Position numbers and translations under genes: made by a program. A stretch of 62,626 nt of DNA, counting the filler, from Hausera hauseri (lineage: Eukaryota), in assembly GCA_046269625.1 (NCBI GenBank). It is 12 parts of 12 records of this genome, joined end to end, with 100 filler letters (N's around TTAATTAATTAA, not from the genome) between each part and the next. Parts side by side here need not be neighbours in the genome. Positions count along the whole stretch, not along the records: positions 46,339 to 50,330 come from JBJURY010834526.1; positions 50,431 to 56,064 come from JBJURY010216633.1; positions 56,165 to 62,626 come from JBJURY010098542.1; 9 more parts are not named here. The stretch is one strand, 5' to 3'. Of this stretch, positions 48,820 to 62,049 are shown piece after piece. Position 1 is the stretch's first letter; each line of letters starts with the position of its first letter. The notes under the pieces were generated by a model. That model was given only the letters and a program-made list of their open reading frames with translations. It searched no databases and had not been told where the DNA came from.

Positions 48820-49152
48820 GTGAAATGGTCTTACTCCGTTATAAACATTTTCCTCCATACTTCTACTACTACTACTAATCAAATAGAACAGTACATTAAA
48901 AGTGAGATTCAAAGATTGACCAATGATATAATGACGGGTCATGTGTTTGATGTACAGTTTTTATGTGAGCTCACAGAAACCCGAATAATGAGCAGGCGAG
49001 AATATATTGAATTACTGGTCAGATCTTTCTTCATAAAACGTATCGCGGATGAAATGAGACGAAAACGGCTGCGGATTAATTGCCTACTTATTGGACTTGT
49101 ATTTTCTGTTTCTCTTTGTATTGTAATGAAAAAGTTGATTGACCGTATTTAA
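48820..49152 (+). CDS. Polinton accessory protein A, copy 2 (C-terminal hydrophobic helix)
   Basis: GHVFDVQFLCELTETRIMSRREYIEL; tail INCLLIGLVFSVSLCIVMKK. Confidence 0.7.
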   Translation: MKWSYSVINIFLHTSTTTTNQIEQYIKSEIQRLTNDIMTGHVFDVQFLCELTETRIMSRREYIELLVRSFFIKRIADEMRRKRLRINCLLIGLVFSVSLCIVMKKLIDRI

Positions 49153-49277
49153 TCATACAATTGTACATATTTTGTTGCATTTGTTTTCGTAAATCAATAT
49201 AATTTATTTCGCGTGTCTTTGTTTTTGTTACATTTCAGTATAAATACTTGTGCTTTGTTACGGTATGGCATTACGAC

Positions 49278-49712
49278 ATGTCTCATTTAACATAACCCAT
49301 TCGTTTGTATCACTTCTTCCACGGTCTCCGAAGTCACCTTTACAATCTTGATCGACCTTTACATGATGCACGATACTGTTCGCCTAAAGAGATACTCCGG
49401 CGTGCTGAGGGGAATTGGAGGGCACGAAAACCTTATCTACGACATATGAAGCAGGTTGTTGATGACATTGATACGATATTCGGTCAGATTTTTCGCACCG
49501 ACCGCAAATTGGCGTTGGATGACAATCCACGTCAAATACGGTTTGTGGAAGATTTTATCCAGATTGGTGATTCCAACATCATTACAACGTGGCAGTCAGC
49601 AGATCGGATTTGTTACAAGCAACATTGCAATGTAATTAATTCCGATGGACTCGTTCATTCTCCTGCGAAATTGGTTAACCCATGTGGTTTGTGTGCTCCT
49701 AGCATTCATTAA
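49278..49712 (+). CDS. Polinton accessory protein B, copy 2
   Basis: YLRHMKQVV.D.D.IFGQIF, WQSADRIC; homologue at 55546-55990. Confidence 0.65.
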
Positions 49713-49774
49713 AAACCATTTACTTTTTGTTGTTGTACAAAACAAAGGGAAATAAATGTTCAGTTCGGACTGTA

Positions 49775-49871
49775 TGGTGCCCACGGCGGCTGTCGCCCTC
49801 TGGCCCATTAAATTGGGCACGGCCTGGCGTCCGTTGCCGCCGCGTCGGACCTATAGTTGGGCTCGATTCTC
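49775..49871 (+). repeat. GC-rich junction motif, copy C, at the edge of Polinton copy 2
   Basis: Gap-free alignment to copies A and B. Confidence 0.9.
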
Positions 49872-49958
49872 CAGTCACTTTACTTGACCCACATCCTATA
49901 AAGATGACATTTCTGATTTGCTTTTATCTCTCTGTTTAACACAAATAATGATGCTAAT

Positions 49959-50330
49959 ATGGAAATGGATGTAGAAAATGAAATTGTTGTTAACGTTGCA
50001 GCGACTTCAGTTTCAAGTAACAAAAATTGCATCATATCCCCACTAAATTTAATCTGTAGAAAATTCTACTCCGAACTAATGAAATGCGCATTTAGTCGTT
50101 CTGATCATTTGCAAAATTATTCATTGAAATTAATCGAGAATAGTTCGTTCATTAATGAAGTCTTATGTGTCATATTGAAAAAATTAAATTTAGCTATTAA
50201 TGAAGCCAGTGAGAACGAATTTTATGCAACTTATTTGATATTAACCAAAGCTGTAGTGAATCGGTCGGAGAATCCAATAGTAGTTGATTACGCGTTGTCT
50301 AGAACAGGGTCAGCATGTAAATGGACATGT
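49959..50330 (+). CDS. Unknown ORF, possible host gene 5' exon
   Basis: ATG-initiated, helical-looking ORF open to the contig end; no motif recognised. Confidence 0.3.
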
Positions 50331-50430
50331 NNNNNNNNNNNNNNNNNNNNNNNNNNNNNNNNNNNNNNNNNNNNTTAATTAATTAANNNNNNNNNNNNNN
50401 NNNNNNNNNNNNNNNNNNNNNNNNNNNNNN

Positions 50431-53245
50431 AGAGGTCTGAACAAGACGAGGAAACAGTGAAGAGTATACTAGATGAAACGACTTATGAGGAAAATAGATA
50501 ATTTGTGTCATTGCCGTGGAAGGGAAGGAAACAACCAGAAATGGAAGGCAAAGAATGGATGGCACATAAAAGGTTGGAAATCTTAAAGAAAAAGCTGGAT
50601 AAGGATGAGACGGCAAAGGCAGCATAAGAAAAAGTGATAGAAGCACACGACACGGAAGGGCACATTCGATTGGTTAAGGAGCAAGAAGAACAAGAGACAG
50701 CTTGATTGTTACCGCACTTCCCAGTTATGAAAGTCGATAGAGACACCACAAAATGTCGGATAGTTTTCGATGCTGCTTCGAAATATCGAGGAAAGTGTCT
50801 GAAAGATTTTGTGGATCACGGTCCAAAGTTACATTTGGACATTGTGGACATCATATTATGGATGATAAAACGACCATGGGTTGTCACATGCCACAACCAG
50901 GAAATGTTCTTACAGAATAAGGTCAAGCAAGAGGATAAGATATATCTGAGATTTCTATGGTATAAGGATGGGAAACTCAAAACATACGAGTTCAATCGGT
51001 TGGTATTTGGGTTGAACTCCTGTCAGTTTTTGGCTCAATTGATATCAAGGCACAACGCCGGAAAATTTAAAGAAAAATTCCCCAGAGCCGTAGAAACAAA
51101 AGATAATTATACGTACATGGACTATTGTATCGACTCAGTCAGCAGTGAGAAAGAGGCTGTTTCGCTATATTATGAGTTAAGTGAGATATTAGAAAATGCT
51201 GGGATGAAACCGCACAAATGGGTATCAACTTCTAGTAAATGAACGAACATAATACATATCAAAGGCCGAGCAAAGGAATTTAGCATATCGGAAAAAACTG
51301 ACGTGATTACCAAGACATTATGGATGAAGTGGAAGATTGAAGATGATAGTTTTGAGTTTGAGGACCGCTACAAACAAGAGACGGAAATAACAAAAAGAAC
51401 ATTATTAAGCGCATTAGCAAAATTGTTCGACCCGCTAGGTTTCATCAGTTGCTACACATTGTTAGGTAAAATATTCTTGCAGCAACTGTGGATTATGAAC
51501 GTAAATTTGGACGAAAAGGTCTCCAAGGAATTGAGCGAGAAAATAAGGACATGGATAAAAGGAATGGAGAACTTGAGTACAATAAAGGTGCCAAGACATT
51601 TGCATTTCGAGGAGGACGACGATAATAGGGTGCACATATTCTGCGACGCCTCTAGATGGGGGTATGGGGCGGTCGAGTATTTGAGAACTATAGTAGAAGG
51701 AGAAATTAAAGTAGTAATCATATGCCCAAAAGGTAAGGTGACACCGTTAAAGTCTGTCGCCATACCAAGATTGGAATTAATGGCAGCTTGCCTAGGAGTC
51801 AAGCTGGGGAGAAAGGTGGGAAGGACTATGTGCAACAAGAAAGAGTATATACAGTACTGGACGGATACATGAACGTACTGTATTGAATAAAACTTTGCAG
51901 TAAGAATTACAAGACATTCGTTGCCAACAGAGTGGGATTCATCCTAGAAGAAACGACCGGGAGACAATGGAATTATGTGAGATCAGATCACAACCCAGCG
52001 GACTACATGTCTAGGGGACTGGGTATTGATGAGCTACAAGACAAAATAGAATGGTGGAATGGTCGGGAGTTCCTCAGGGAAACAGAAGACCAATGGCCAA
52101 TTCAACCAAGAGAACTAACAAGGCCAAAGGATGAGGAAAGGAGAAAAGACGCCTTCACATTGATGTCCTTGAGAAATGATGCAATGGAGGGAGAAAATCA
52201 AAGACAGGATAATGTGGATAACATTGAACAATGTGTAGAATCCCGTTGGGAAGGAATAGTTAGACAAAAGATTGAGGAAATCTCACAGAAAGAGAAAAAT
52301 AATAATCTAAGCGAGGTAGAGCTAAGAAGAAAGGCAAAATTGAAAATAATAAAAGAAGACCCAGAAATTTACGATCCAAGAAGGATATTAGCCTTAGGAG
52401 TCCTATTGTAATGTCTAACCCCGTTTTAAACTACAAAGGGGTATTGAGATCATGTAGTTGCTTGATGACGACCTGTTGGTTGAATTTGGAGCAAAAATAT
52501 CCTATAATACTATCTTCGAACAGCATTGTAACAAAATTAATTATTGAGGACACTCATTTAAATTTACGACACGCGGCGGGAGTCAACCATCAAGTCGCTG
52601 AGTTAAGTAGTAAGTACTGGTTCCCCAGAACGAAGAAACTAGTCAAGGCTTATCAAAATTATTGTATGACCTTCAGGAGATCAAATACGAAAGGAATAAA
52701 AACGATAGTGGCACCATTACAGGCATTCAGAACACAATTACCGCTTAAAGCCTTCGACAAAGTTGAAATTGATTTCGCCGGACCAGTGAAGACACGACAA
52801 AGACGAGGGATAATACAAGAAAAAAGATACATCTGTCTAATCACGTGTTTACTTTGTCGTGGAGTACACATCGAAGTGTTGGCAGGGTTGGATACCAATT
52901 CCATTTTAAAAGCACTCAAACGTTTTATAAGTCGGAGAGGAAGGCCTTCGTTTATAGTCTCCGACAACGGGGAAACATTTATTGCAGTAAGTAAAAAGGT
53001 GTACGAATTTAAAATCGACACATATAGTCTCAGGCGAGAGCTCAAGGACACCGAAATAAGGTGGATATTTAATCCCCCTGCTGGACCTCACTTCGGAGGG
53101 GTCTATGAAGTAATGGTCAAGTCTATAAAAAGTTCGTTGAGCAAATTGCTTCCGGAAAATTCACTGACAGATGAAGAATTAGAAACATTATTGATAGAGA
53201 TTGAAGGAATTACGAATAGCCGGCAGCTAATAAGAGTTGTCAATG
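50431..53245 (+). mobile_element. pol: Decayed BEL/Pao LTR retrotransposon pol (RT, RNase H, integrase)
   Basis: LPHFPVMK..TTKCRIVFDAAS; LVFGL; TKRTLLS..FDPLG; HIFCDAS; IPRLELMAA; NPADYMSRG; DFAGP; SDNGETF; PHFGGVYE. Confidence 0.95.
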
Positions 53246-54930
53246 ATATCGTTAATACAGCTCCACTCATGAAAAACAATAATGCGGTTGTCCAGTAGCT
53301 TTTATGTGGACAACCAACATACCGACGGCGATTGGAATGTGGTATGTTGGTTGTGCTTTGGTAGAACGGCTTCGATATCGGCATACACCATATATGCTGG
53401 ACTGTCCGTTTTAGAACAGTTATGGAATATGAGTTTATTTTTGACGGGCATAACGTACATTGTTATTCCCGTTGAATTCTGCTTGCATAGTGTCACATGT
53501 TTTTCCCATGTTGTTTCTGATCTGAATCCATGCAGACGTATGGGACACCATTTGCACCGTATTTGTTTTCGGATGAACTGGTCATGCGCCATGTTCAATA
53601 GTCTGTCCAAATTTGTAACGGCCACGTAATGAAATTTTTTCTTCTGCTCTAACAGCAACAAATATATTGTCTGTCTGTTCAGGTTCTGACTTCGATAAAT
53701 TATGTCCACATGGGGTTTTTGTAAATCTGTTCGTCCGCCGGTACTTCTACGATTGTGTTGTACCGAAAAACGTTGCCTGACAGTGTCTGATTATGCCGTT
53801 AAAAAGTCGGAATAGTTTTCAGTTTCATCGGCATCCAACATTCATCAAAGTCAAATTAGGGAAATACTGCCCATACTGATTTGGGTGATTTGCATTATGT
53901 TTGTCCACTTGATCATATTTTAATACGGCCAGAATACTGTAAATAAAACAGTATTCGTTGTCAGTATTTTGTACATTTACTACCGCCAGAGACTGCTTCA
54001 GAGCTGCAGGTGTCGGTATGAATGAAATTCCGTATAAGTAAATTATGTCACTAGGCTTTGTTATGATAAAGGCCATTTCGGTGTATTTGGCGATTTTCTC
54101 ATCGAGCCTTAGCTTAAATCGGCAATAAAATCCTCGGGATACGGTAAAACTCGATGTGACAGGTGCTATTCTTTCCTCTCGCCTTGTACGTTTTCAAATT
54201 CTGCAAGTACGTAATACTGAACTTTGCAGCCGTGTTGTTGGAATTTCGTCACTTCGGATTCCAACCGGTTGCGAACACTGGAAGATATATACTTTAATTG
54301 CGTTGTTGTTCTCGCTAAAATGGCCACTTTTATGTCCACGTACGATCTGTTTAGATCGTACCTGACAGCAATGGAAGGTAAGGTTCCTGTTATTGCGCCT
54401 GCTTCTAATGCTGTTGTTCTTTGTTGCTTTACATGTATTTGTCAAGAGTTATGGATGCTTGACTTTTCCCGTCTGTTGAAGGAATGCTGCTTGTTTAGGG
54501 GATGCTTTTACCTGTTGCATCTATCACTGTTTGCTTTTTTGAGGGCTTAAATTGGTTTAAGTGGCCCTTGTGTTGGTTGATTTGTGTTTCAATTATAGAA
54601 CAACCGGGACCAACATAGGTCCGTTTACCGTGTGGCTTCATGGTGCCATTGTATTGCTCCATTTTACCATGGAATCCATCAGAGTTATGCACTGTTGTAC
54701 TATTACAGTACGGTGGATATACGCGGCAATGCACATTAATTATCTTCTTAGACCGCGTAAACCGACTATGATAATGCTTGTGCATTTCAAAAAAATCGTG
54801 GTACGGACAGTGGGTTGGAATATTACACGTTGGACACAAATTCGCATGCTTTTCTCCAACGCTATAATATTTCGCTATTTGTTAATGGCACCGCTATGCC
54901 TCATGTCTACGCGGAACGCAATACATTGGA
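53246..54930 (-). pseudogene. polB: Polinton pPolB N-terminal region plus zinc-finger region, copy 3
   Basis: VVNVQNTDNEYCFIYSILA; FHYVAVTNLDRLL; WCPIRLHGF; VYADIEAVL. Confidence 0.88.
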
Positions 54931-55124
54931 TATTCGGTGCATTTATAAATTAAATAAATTAACACTTGTTAAATTTAATTTACAGTTAAAATAAATTAAA
55001 ATAAATAAATACAGTGAAATAAATACAGTAAAAGTGCAATTTGTTTCCTTCATTGTTAGACTACAGCATGTTTAATTTGTGCAGCTATAAACATCTCGGC
55101 ACTACTACTAAAAATCACATTAAA

Positions 55125-55393
55125 TGGAATAGTTCATTGAAAGTGAGATTCAAAGATTGACAGATGGCATGAGAGGACATGTATTTGATGTTCAGTTTTT
55201 ATGTGAACTCACAGAAACCAGAATAATGAGCAGGCGAGAATATATTGAATTAATAGTCAGATCACTCTTCGCAAAATGCATCGAGGATGAAATGAGACGA
55301 AAACTGCAACAACAGAGGATTAATTTCCTAGTTGGACTTGTATTTTCTACTTTGTTTTGTATTATAATGAAAAAGTTGATTGACCGAATTTAA
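55125..55393 (+). pseudogene. Polinton accessory protein A, copy 3
   Basis: GHVFDVQFLCELTETRIMSRREYIEL plus hydrophobic tail; premature stop near the start. Confidence 0.7.
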
Positions 55394-55545
55394 TAACGAC
55401 AGGCTGTATTGTTATAATACTTTTGTTCATTTAAAATATATATTGTTTTGCTACATTTGTTTTCATAAATCAATATTATTTATTTTGTGTGTTTGTTACA
55501 ATACAGTCTAAATACTTGTATTTCTTTACTGCATAATATTATGAC

Positions 55546-55990
55546 ATGTCTCATTTAATGACATTCATCAGTTTGTATCACTCCTTTGACGGTCTCAAAA
55601 GTCACCTTTTCAATCTTGATCGGGCTTTACAATATGCTTGATATTCTTCTCCTGAAACGATGGTCCTAAATGCTAAGGAGAATACAAAGGCACGAGGACA
55701 CTATATGCGACATATGAAGCAGATTGTTGGTGACATGGACATGATATTCGGTCAAATCTTTTGCATTTCCCAGAAATTGGCGCATTACTATGCGTTATGT
55801 GACAATCCACGTCAGATACAGTTTGTGGATGATTTTGTCAAAGGTGACCAGTTGGAGTACGTTCCAACGTGGCAGTCAGCAGATCAAATTTGCTTCAAGC
55901 AACATTTTAATGTAACTAATTCCGATGGCCTCGTTCATTCTCCAGCCTAATTGGTTAATGCGTGTGGTTTTTGTGATCCTACTTTATTAG
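55546..55990 (+). pseudogene. Polinton accessory protein B, copy 3
   Basis: YMRHMKQIVGDMDMIFGQIF..WQSADQICFKQH..DGLVHSPA. Confidence 0.65.
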
Positions 55991-56164
55991 AGACGATTTA
56001 GTTGTACCAAATAGAAAAGAAACAGAAGTTTAATATGGACTTGATTGTCTATCTGTATGTTGAGNNNNNNNNNNNNNNNNNNNNNNNNNNNNNNNNNNNN
56101 NNNNNNNNTTAATTAATTAANNNNNNNNNNNNNNNNNNNNNNNNNNNNNNNNNNNNNNNNNNNN

Positions 56165-56430
56165 TTCTTCACGCTAAGTGATTTAAATGTCTTAAAGTGG
56201 CCCGCTAAAACAGCTGACTGTAACCCAATCGAAAATCTTTGTTTTAATGTCAAAAAACTATCAGGTAAAACATTCGACGGGATGAATGCTTTAATAATCA
56301 GGTTGCTGCATTTGTGGAACAGAGAAATTAGTGAAGAACTTTGTGCGTCACTAATTTCAAGCATGTCTCGCAAATTGAAAGAAGTCATCAAAATGAAGAA
56401 TTTTGTATGAATTTTTTTGCACCAAGCTGT
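56165..56430 (+). mobile_element. Tc1-like transposase 3' remnant
   Basis: LNVLKWPAKTADCNPIENL..LISSMSRKLKEVIK. Confidence 0.8.
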
Positions 56431-56979
56431 AGTAGACATTCGGTATATATATTTCAAAAAATTCCATTAACGATGGATAAGCACTAATGAAAATAACCAT
56501 TAAGTTTGCTGGAGTATTCATCAAATATGGATAGTAGCACTGAATACATGAATACAGTTCAGAAACAGTTTTTTGTCAATAAAATCTTAAATTTCGTTTG
56601 GATAATGTCCATTGATAATACATACAATCAAATTATGAATACACACCGACACTTATGTAACGCACACATACACATACACGTGCTACCAAGAGTTACACAA
56701 ACGGTAAATTCTACTATTCAACAGAATATTCAGTAAAATAGAAAAAAAAATGAAAAATTAGACATGTTGGTGACACAAATCATTGTATAGAATCCAAAAA
56801 TAATTCATGCCCCAAAAAACATCAAAAAATTAAATAAAAGCATATTCTGATGTATCGTCTACATGCATGATGATTTCACTTACAGAAAATGGCTGCGTGT
56901 TGAAGGGGAAATTGAAGACAAAATCAGTAGTTTTCAAGTACTATATAAATAGCATTTTACAAACACACACACACACACA

Positions 56980-57800
56980 TTGAATTTTCGCGCAGAATTT
57001 CCGAAATTTAATGTCTCGGTTTGGTTTTTTAGAACATGGACAACAGAGTAGATATATTTGGAGTAGTCCATATTTCGAAATGCGTTTCCGAATTGAAAAT
57101 TTTGAATATATACAAAACTGTGTGCATTAGGGTACGCCTGGCTGTAACGGTGAAAATAAAATCGTATAAAATTACTTTCTCCTGAGTGGAAATTTGTGAC
57201 ATTTCGTTTAGACGTGTTGTAACTGAAGAAAATCTTCAATTCTGTTGTACAACTGAGTCAAAATAATTAATTCAGACAATTTTACTTGTTTTTCGCACAC
57301 TCAGTCACTTATGTTGTGCTTTCTTACTTATTTATTGATGCATTTTAGTGTTGAATTTAACATTCTTTGCTGTCTGTTGACAAAACTTTTTTTTTATATT
57401 TTTTGTGAAAGTTCACATTTGCACAATTCAAACACGAGTTGCAGGTATGTATTGTTCAAATGTAATAAATATTTGTGCGTGTGTGTGTGTATGTAATGTG
57501 TCACATAATTGCATGAAATACTTGTAGTACATGATAAGCAAACAGAATTTGATATACGATTAGATTGGATTGGAATAGGATTACCGGTAATATTTTGCAA
57601 ATCTGCAGTCGGCACTTTAATAGTTAGTATAGGTGCACTATTATTCTCATTTGTGTACTTTAACTTGTAGATCAACCGTTCATAACTCGTGCTGCAGATG
57701 CAATCTGGCTCATTGGTGGTATACAAACCAATTTCAGTACTGGCCAAATTGTTACCTCGAAGTAAAGTCCTAAAGGGTTCTGTTTCATCATCACAATCAT
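56980..57800 (-). CDS. Possible exons of an unidentified gene
   Basis: Two minus-strand ORFs with complex composition; acceptor-like ..ACAACAG before 57242 and GT after 56980. Confidence 0.25.
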
Positions 57801-57829
57801 GACAAACTAAGCTTGAAGGAGATCATTGC

Positions 57830-59060
57830 TAAGGCAACATAGCTGCTGTTACCAATCTGCAATAGAGCCAGAATACTGGCAAAGGTTCCAACTCATGTAC
57901 TGCATACACAATGACAAGGTCGCAAGAAGCTTGTCAACAGACAGTCAGAGAAGAATCTATCAAATCAGCAACTGTTCAAAGACAACCTCATCAGAATACC
58001 GTAGACATGATGAAAATTTCTGAAGATCGCTCATCAACGGTCATCATCTGCTAACGTTGCTGCAGTTCCTGAAGAAATATCGTCATCATGCTACTCAGAT
58101 GACTCAGACTGAGAAGTTGCAGACAAGTCTGGTACTGAAGAATCCGAAAATGAACAGTCAATTGTCAAGATTCCTAGCCATTGTAGAAAATGTAGAAGAG
58201 TCATTGTCGTAAGTCCTAAGGTTACAGGAGCATTTGATCGAACAAACAGTAATAATCGCAATACTTCTAACACATTGTCAGCACTAACATCAACAAACCA
58301 GCGTCAACATGATTCCTTACAGATAATTACCAGTCAGAGTGTTATTCGTCGTAAAAAACATGCCATTGATATTGCACTGGAACGGTAAAATCATGGAAGA
58401 TTTCACAGGCCAAACCCCACGAAAGGAAAAAGTTGATCGGTTGCCAATTCTAGTTTCCGGTGAAAATGTTGTAAAACTTCATTGGGACAGCATACTGCAC
58501 TGCAACAGCCATTATTAATGTCCTTGATGAGTGGAGTGTTCGTAATAGAATAAAGGGGTTCTTTAACTGGTATCATCATATTTTTGAGTGAGGTGTGCCT
58601 CCAAATGACATACGATTCTGATATCGAAGGGCAGTGAGTGCATGGTGCAGCATCCGTCACGTATGGAATCATCTGAGGGCATTTCACTTGTTCACTACTC
58701 AAGTCTATTTGAGATATTGGTTACAGATTCCACTGTCAACATCATTTTCTGAGCATAAAAGGAAAGGACTGCACAACTTTGTCACTGTGTCCGTAGGACG
58801 CTTCTTCAGCCTACTTGGACACTGACCCAATTGAACGAAGCAACCAAAAATCATATCTGAAAAGCCAAAAAACTGTTCCCTTAGTCAGAGTAGTGAATGA
58901 CTTAGCTGAGCATGGAGTGGCCATGATCCAACAGTTCAATTTGTCTCTGACACGTGATGAGAAACAAAAAGCAATACTTTATTCAAACAGTTGAACAGCA
59001 TAGGCACAATTTTCCAGTTCGTAGCAAATTAGTGTGAAATGTGCTATAGTGCAAATTCAG
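57830..59060 (+). mobile_element. Highly decayed DNA-transposase-like remnant
   Basis: KVDRLPILVSG, and VVNDLAEHGVAMIQQFN.SLTRDEKQK..TVEQHR..FP, C-terminal motifs I associate with invertebrate DNA transposases. Confidence 0.55.
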
Positions 59061-59452
59061 GATCAACTGTTAGCAAAATATTAAATTGTATTGTGTAACA
59101 ATTATTCCCAGAAGTTTATTTTATTAAGTATAACTCAATGGTGGATTGGGGAATTCAATTTTCACACCTTAATTTTTGACAGTACCCTAGTGTGCATATA
59201 TATAATAAAATCTATATACAATTTATATTAGTCAAAATATTTAATATTTATGATTGGCTAGGATTGAATATCCGTTACAAATTTTGATTTGTTACTGTCA
59301 GATTTTATAAAAATACATTGACCACTATTCGAATACTTCCCTAGTAGGATCTTCAATGATTTGTTTAAATATTTCAAATACGAATCCTCTCACCATCATC
59401 ATTTATAACCATAGTTATTTGTCATAGTTCCCACCCACCCTAATTGAGATAG

Positions 59453-60304
59453 AGTAGCCGACAAAAGTTTGGATTATTTTAATTCTTTTTCATATGAATA
59501 ATGTTATGTTTTTAGATACCGGTAAAGTGAAACAAGTACCCAATGATATCGGAAAGGCGATTGTTCGAATGAAGGGCCAAGGAAAGACGCAAGTTGAGAT
59601 TTCTATCTTCCTCATCGTCATAAGACGATCTATGAAAAATGTTGGCCATATTCAACAAGACGTCAAATCACGCAAAGGATGCCCAAAGAAGACCACCGGT
59701 TGCAGATGACAATCGAATTGTTCCTACTAAGACAGCAGTTGGAATTCACAAGGAACTATCACAAAGCGACCACAGTGCAGCGACGTTTGAACGACGCAAG
59801 ATGCGTTTGAGATTTGCAAAGGAGCATGTTGGATGGAAGTAAAATTTGATTGTTCCGATCAGACGGTATCAAGTACGTGAAATGACCAATCAGTAAAAGA
59901 AACGATTCCGCTCAAAGGACCATTACGTGTATATGGATGATCCTACAAGATCATGTTTTGCCTCATGTTCAATAAATTATGCCTGCAAACTTTGTATATC
60001 ATCAGAATAATGATCCAAAATATCGAGCAAGACTTGTGATTGTTTGGTTCCGACGAGAATAACATTGATTTAATGGATGGGCTAAATCAGGGTCCGGACA
60101 TCAACCCCATCGATAATTTGTGGGAAACTCTCGAGAGGATGTGCAAATGCAAATCTTCTTGCTGAAAAACTCTTCACACTTTGGTCGACTTAATGTCTCG
60201 AAGGTGTGGAGCAGTGATCAAATCGAGGGCTAAGCAATGAAATACGTTTTGTTTGTTACGATTATGAATTTTATTCGTCGTTTGTATTTCTCTTGTCCGC
60301 TACT
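59453..60304 (+). mobile_element. Tc1-like transposon remnant with short TIRs
   Basis: AGTAGCCGACAA / TTGTCCGCTACT ends; RKGCPKKTT, RLRFAKEHVGW, HQNNDPKY, QGPDINPIDNLWE. Confidence 0.88.
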
Positions 60305-60434
60305 TTATATGTTCAACAAGTCAAATATGGCACACCAAATTGATAAATTCGCCCCAACCCTCCCCTCCCCTCCCCTCCCAGAAGAGATAACAAGATAAAT
60401 CCTAAACAATAATTCAAAATTCAACAAAAGTTAC

Positions 60435-61007
60435 GTTAAGGCCTGATGGTGCCTTGAAAAGATCCTTCAAAGTACTACTCTTGAAAAAAGCCATATTGAA
60501 TTGTCCACCCTCAATGGCCATATCATTGAGTGTTCGCTTTTGATTGGCCTTTTTGAGAATATTCTCCTCAATTGTCATTTCACTAATAAGTCGATAAATA
60601 TGCACATCTCTTGTTTGTCCAATACGATGACATCTATATATTCCATCTGTTATCCTACCAATGGTTGCTCACAAATACCCACCTATCCTGTGCTTGCGCA
60701 TCCATTGTTGGATTCCAATCAGAATCATAGAATATCACAGTATCTGCCCCAGTCAAATTGATACCCAATCCACCAGACCTCGTACTCAAAATGAACACGA
60801 ATATCCTCGAATCCTGATTGAAACTCTCCATAAGATATTGTCGTTGTTCAACCTTAGTTGTACCGTCAAGTCGTACGTAACGATAACCGAGATACGACAA
60901 GAATTGTTCGAGAATGTCGAGCATTCGTGTCATTTGGGTGAATATGAGACATCGATGGTTTTCTTTATAGAGTCGTTTGAGTAGCAATTCGAGTGTTTGT
61001 AATTTAC
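60435..61007 (-). CDS. SWR1/domino/SRCAP chromatin-remodelling ATPase, helicase C-terminal exons (61007-60683 and 60633-60435; 49-nt GT-AG intron)
   Basis: [74 protein letters not shown]|[32 protein letters not shown]. Confidence 0.95.
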
Positions 61008-62049
61008 CTGGAGATGGGAGGATAAAAATGTTTTAAAGGGTAATTGTTAAAATAAATACACGCATAGAAAGTTGGATAAATGGAAATTATTGATATTTTC
61101 ATTTGTAGATTTCCATCCATCAATGAGCATTCTACAAGATATGGGACAATGCATAACGAGATTTTTTCATCAACACACTAAGCCATGCAGTATGTTCCGT
61201 ATTGAATAACAACCATTGAATGGAATGTACGAAATTTGACTCATGCAGCCATATAGTTTCAAAATAAAGTACAAATTAAAAACGGTTGTATTTTTGATGA
61301 CACAAATCCTTGTACAGAAGCTGAAAATATAACACGGAATACACTGAATACGATATGACTCATTGTCAAAGTTAACCAACATAGGTTGCAATATGACGTT
61401 TCATATAGGGATATTGTACCACAAAATATTCAAATTCAAAATTGTTTCGAGTATGAAATGTACTTTTCATCTTATTTGTAATTATATACCAATTTGGATC
61501 GTCAAAATGTACAACATTCTTATATTTTTGTTTTTTACTTCATTTTGAAACTATATAAGGCGGCACTTCGTTCATAAATAATGTATACTTGTTGCACGGT
61601 TCAGTCTAATTACTGTAACATGAGCTGTATGTGAACTGTCGAATTTTCATCAACTTTTCGTTATATTTCATTGACGGTTTTCCAGACGATTTGACAATAT
61701 ATATGTATACTGTACCCGAAAATATTTCAAATATCCCAAACCCAACCAACTGTGATAGCGTTCTGCACTTGTTCTAATATCCCCCCCCCGCACCACGATA
61801 AAATTTTCGTCCTTTCAATATTCGATTTACAAAATTCTAACTATGCACATGACTGACCACAAACTATATTCGATGGATATTTTTTATTTCGGCACAATAT
61901 CAAGGAAAGGAAAGGAAGGAAAATTTTGTAGTGAAGTAGAATAGAACAATGTCGACTTTTTCTGTTCACCCCCTCTATTTGTTTAACAGTATTAATGAAT
62001 TTGAATTATAAAGCACGTATTTGCGATCATTTAAAAATTAAATTGACGA

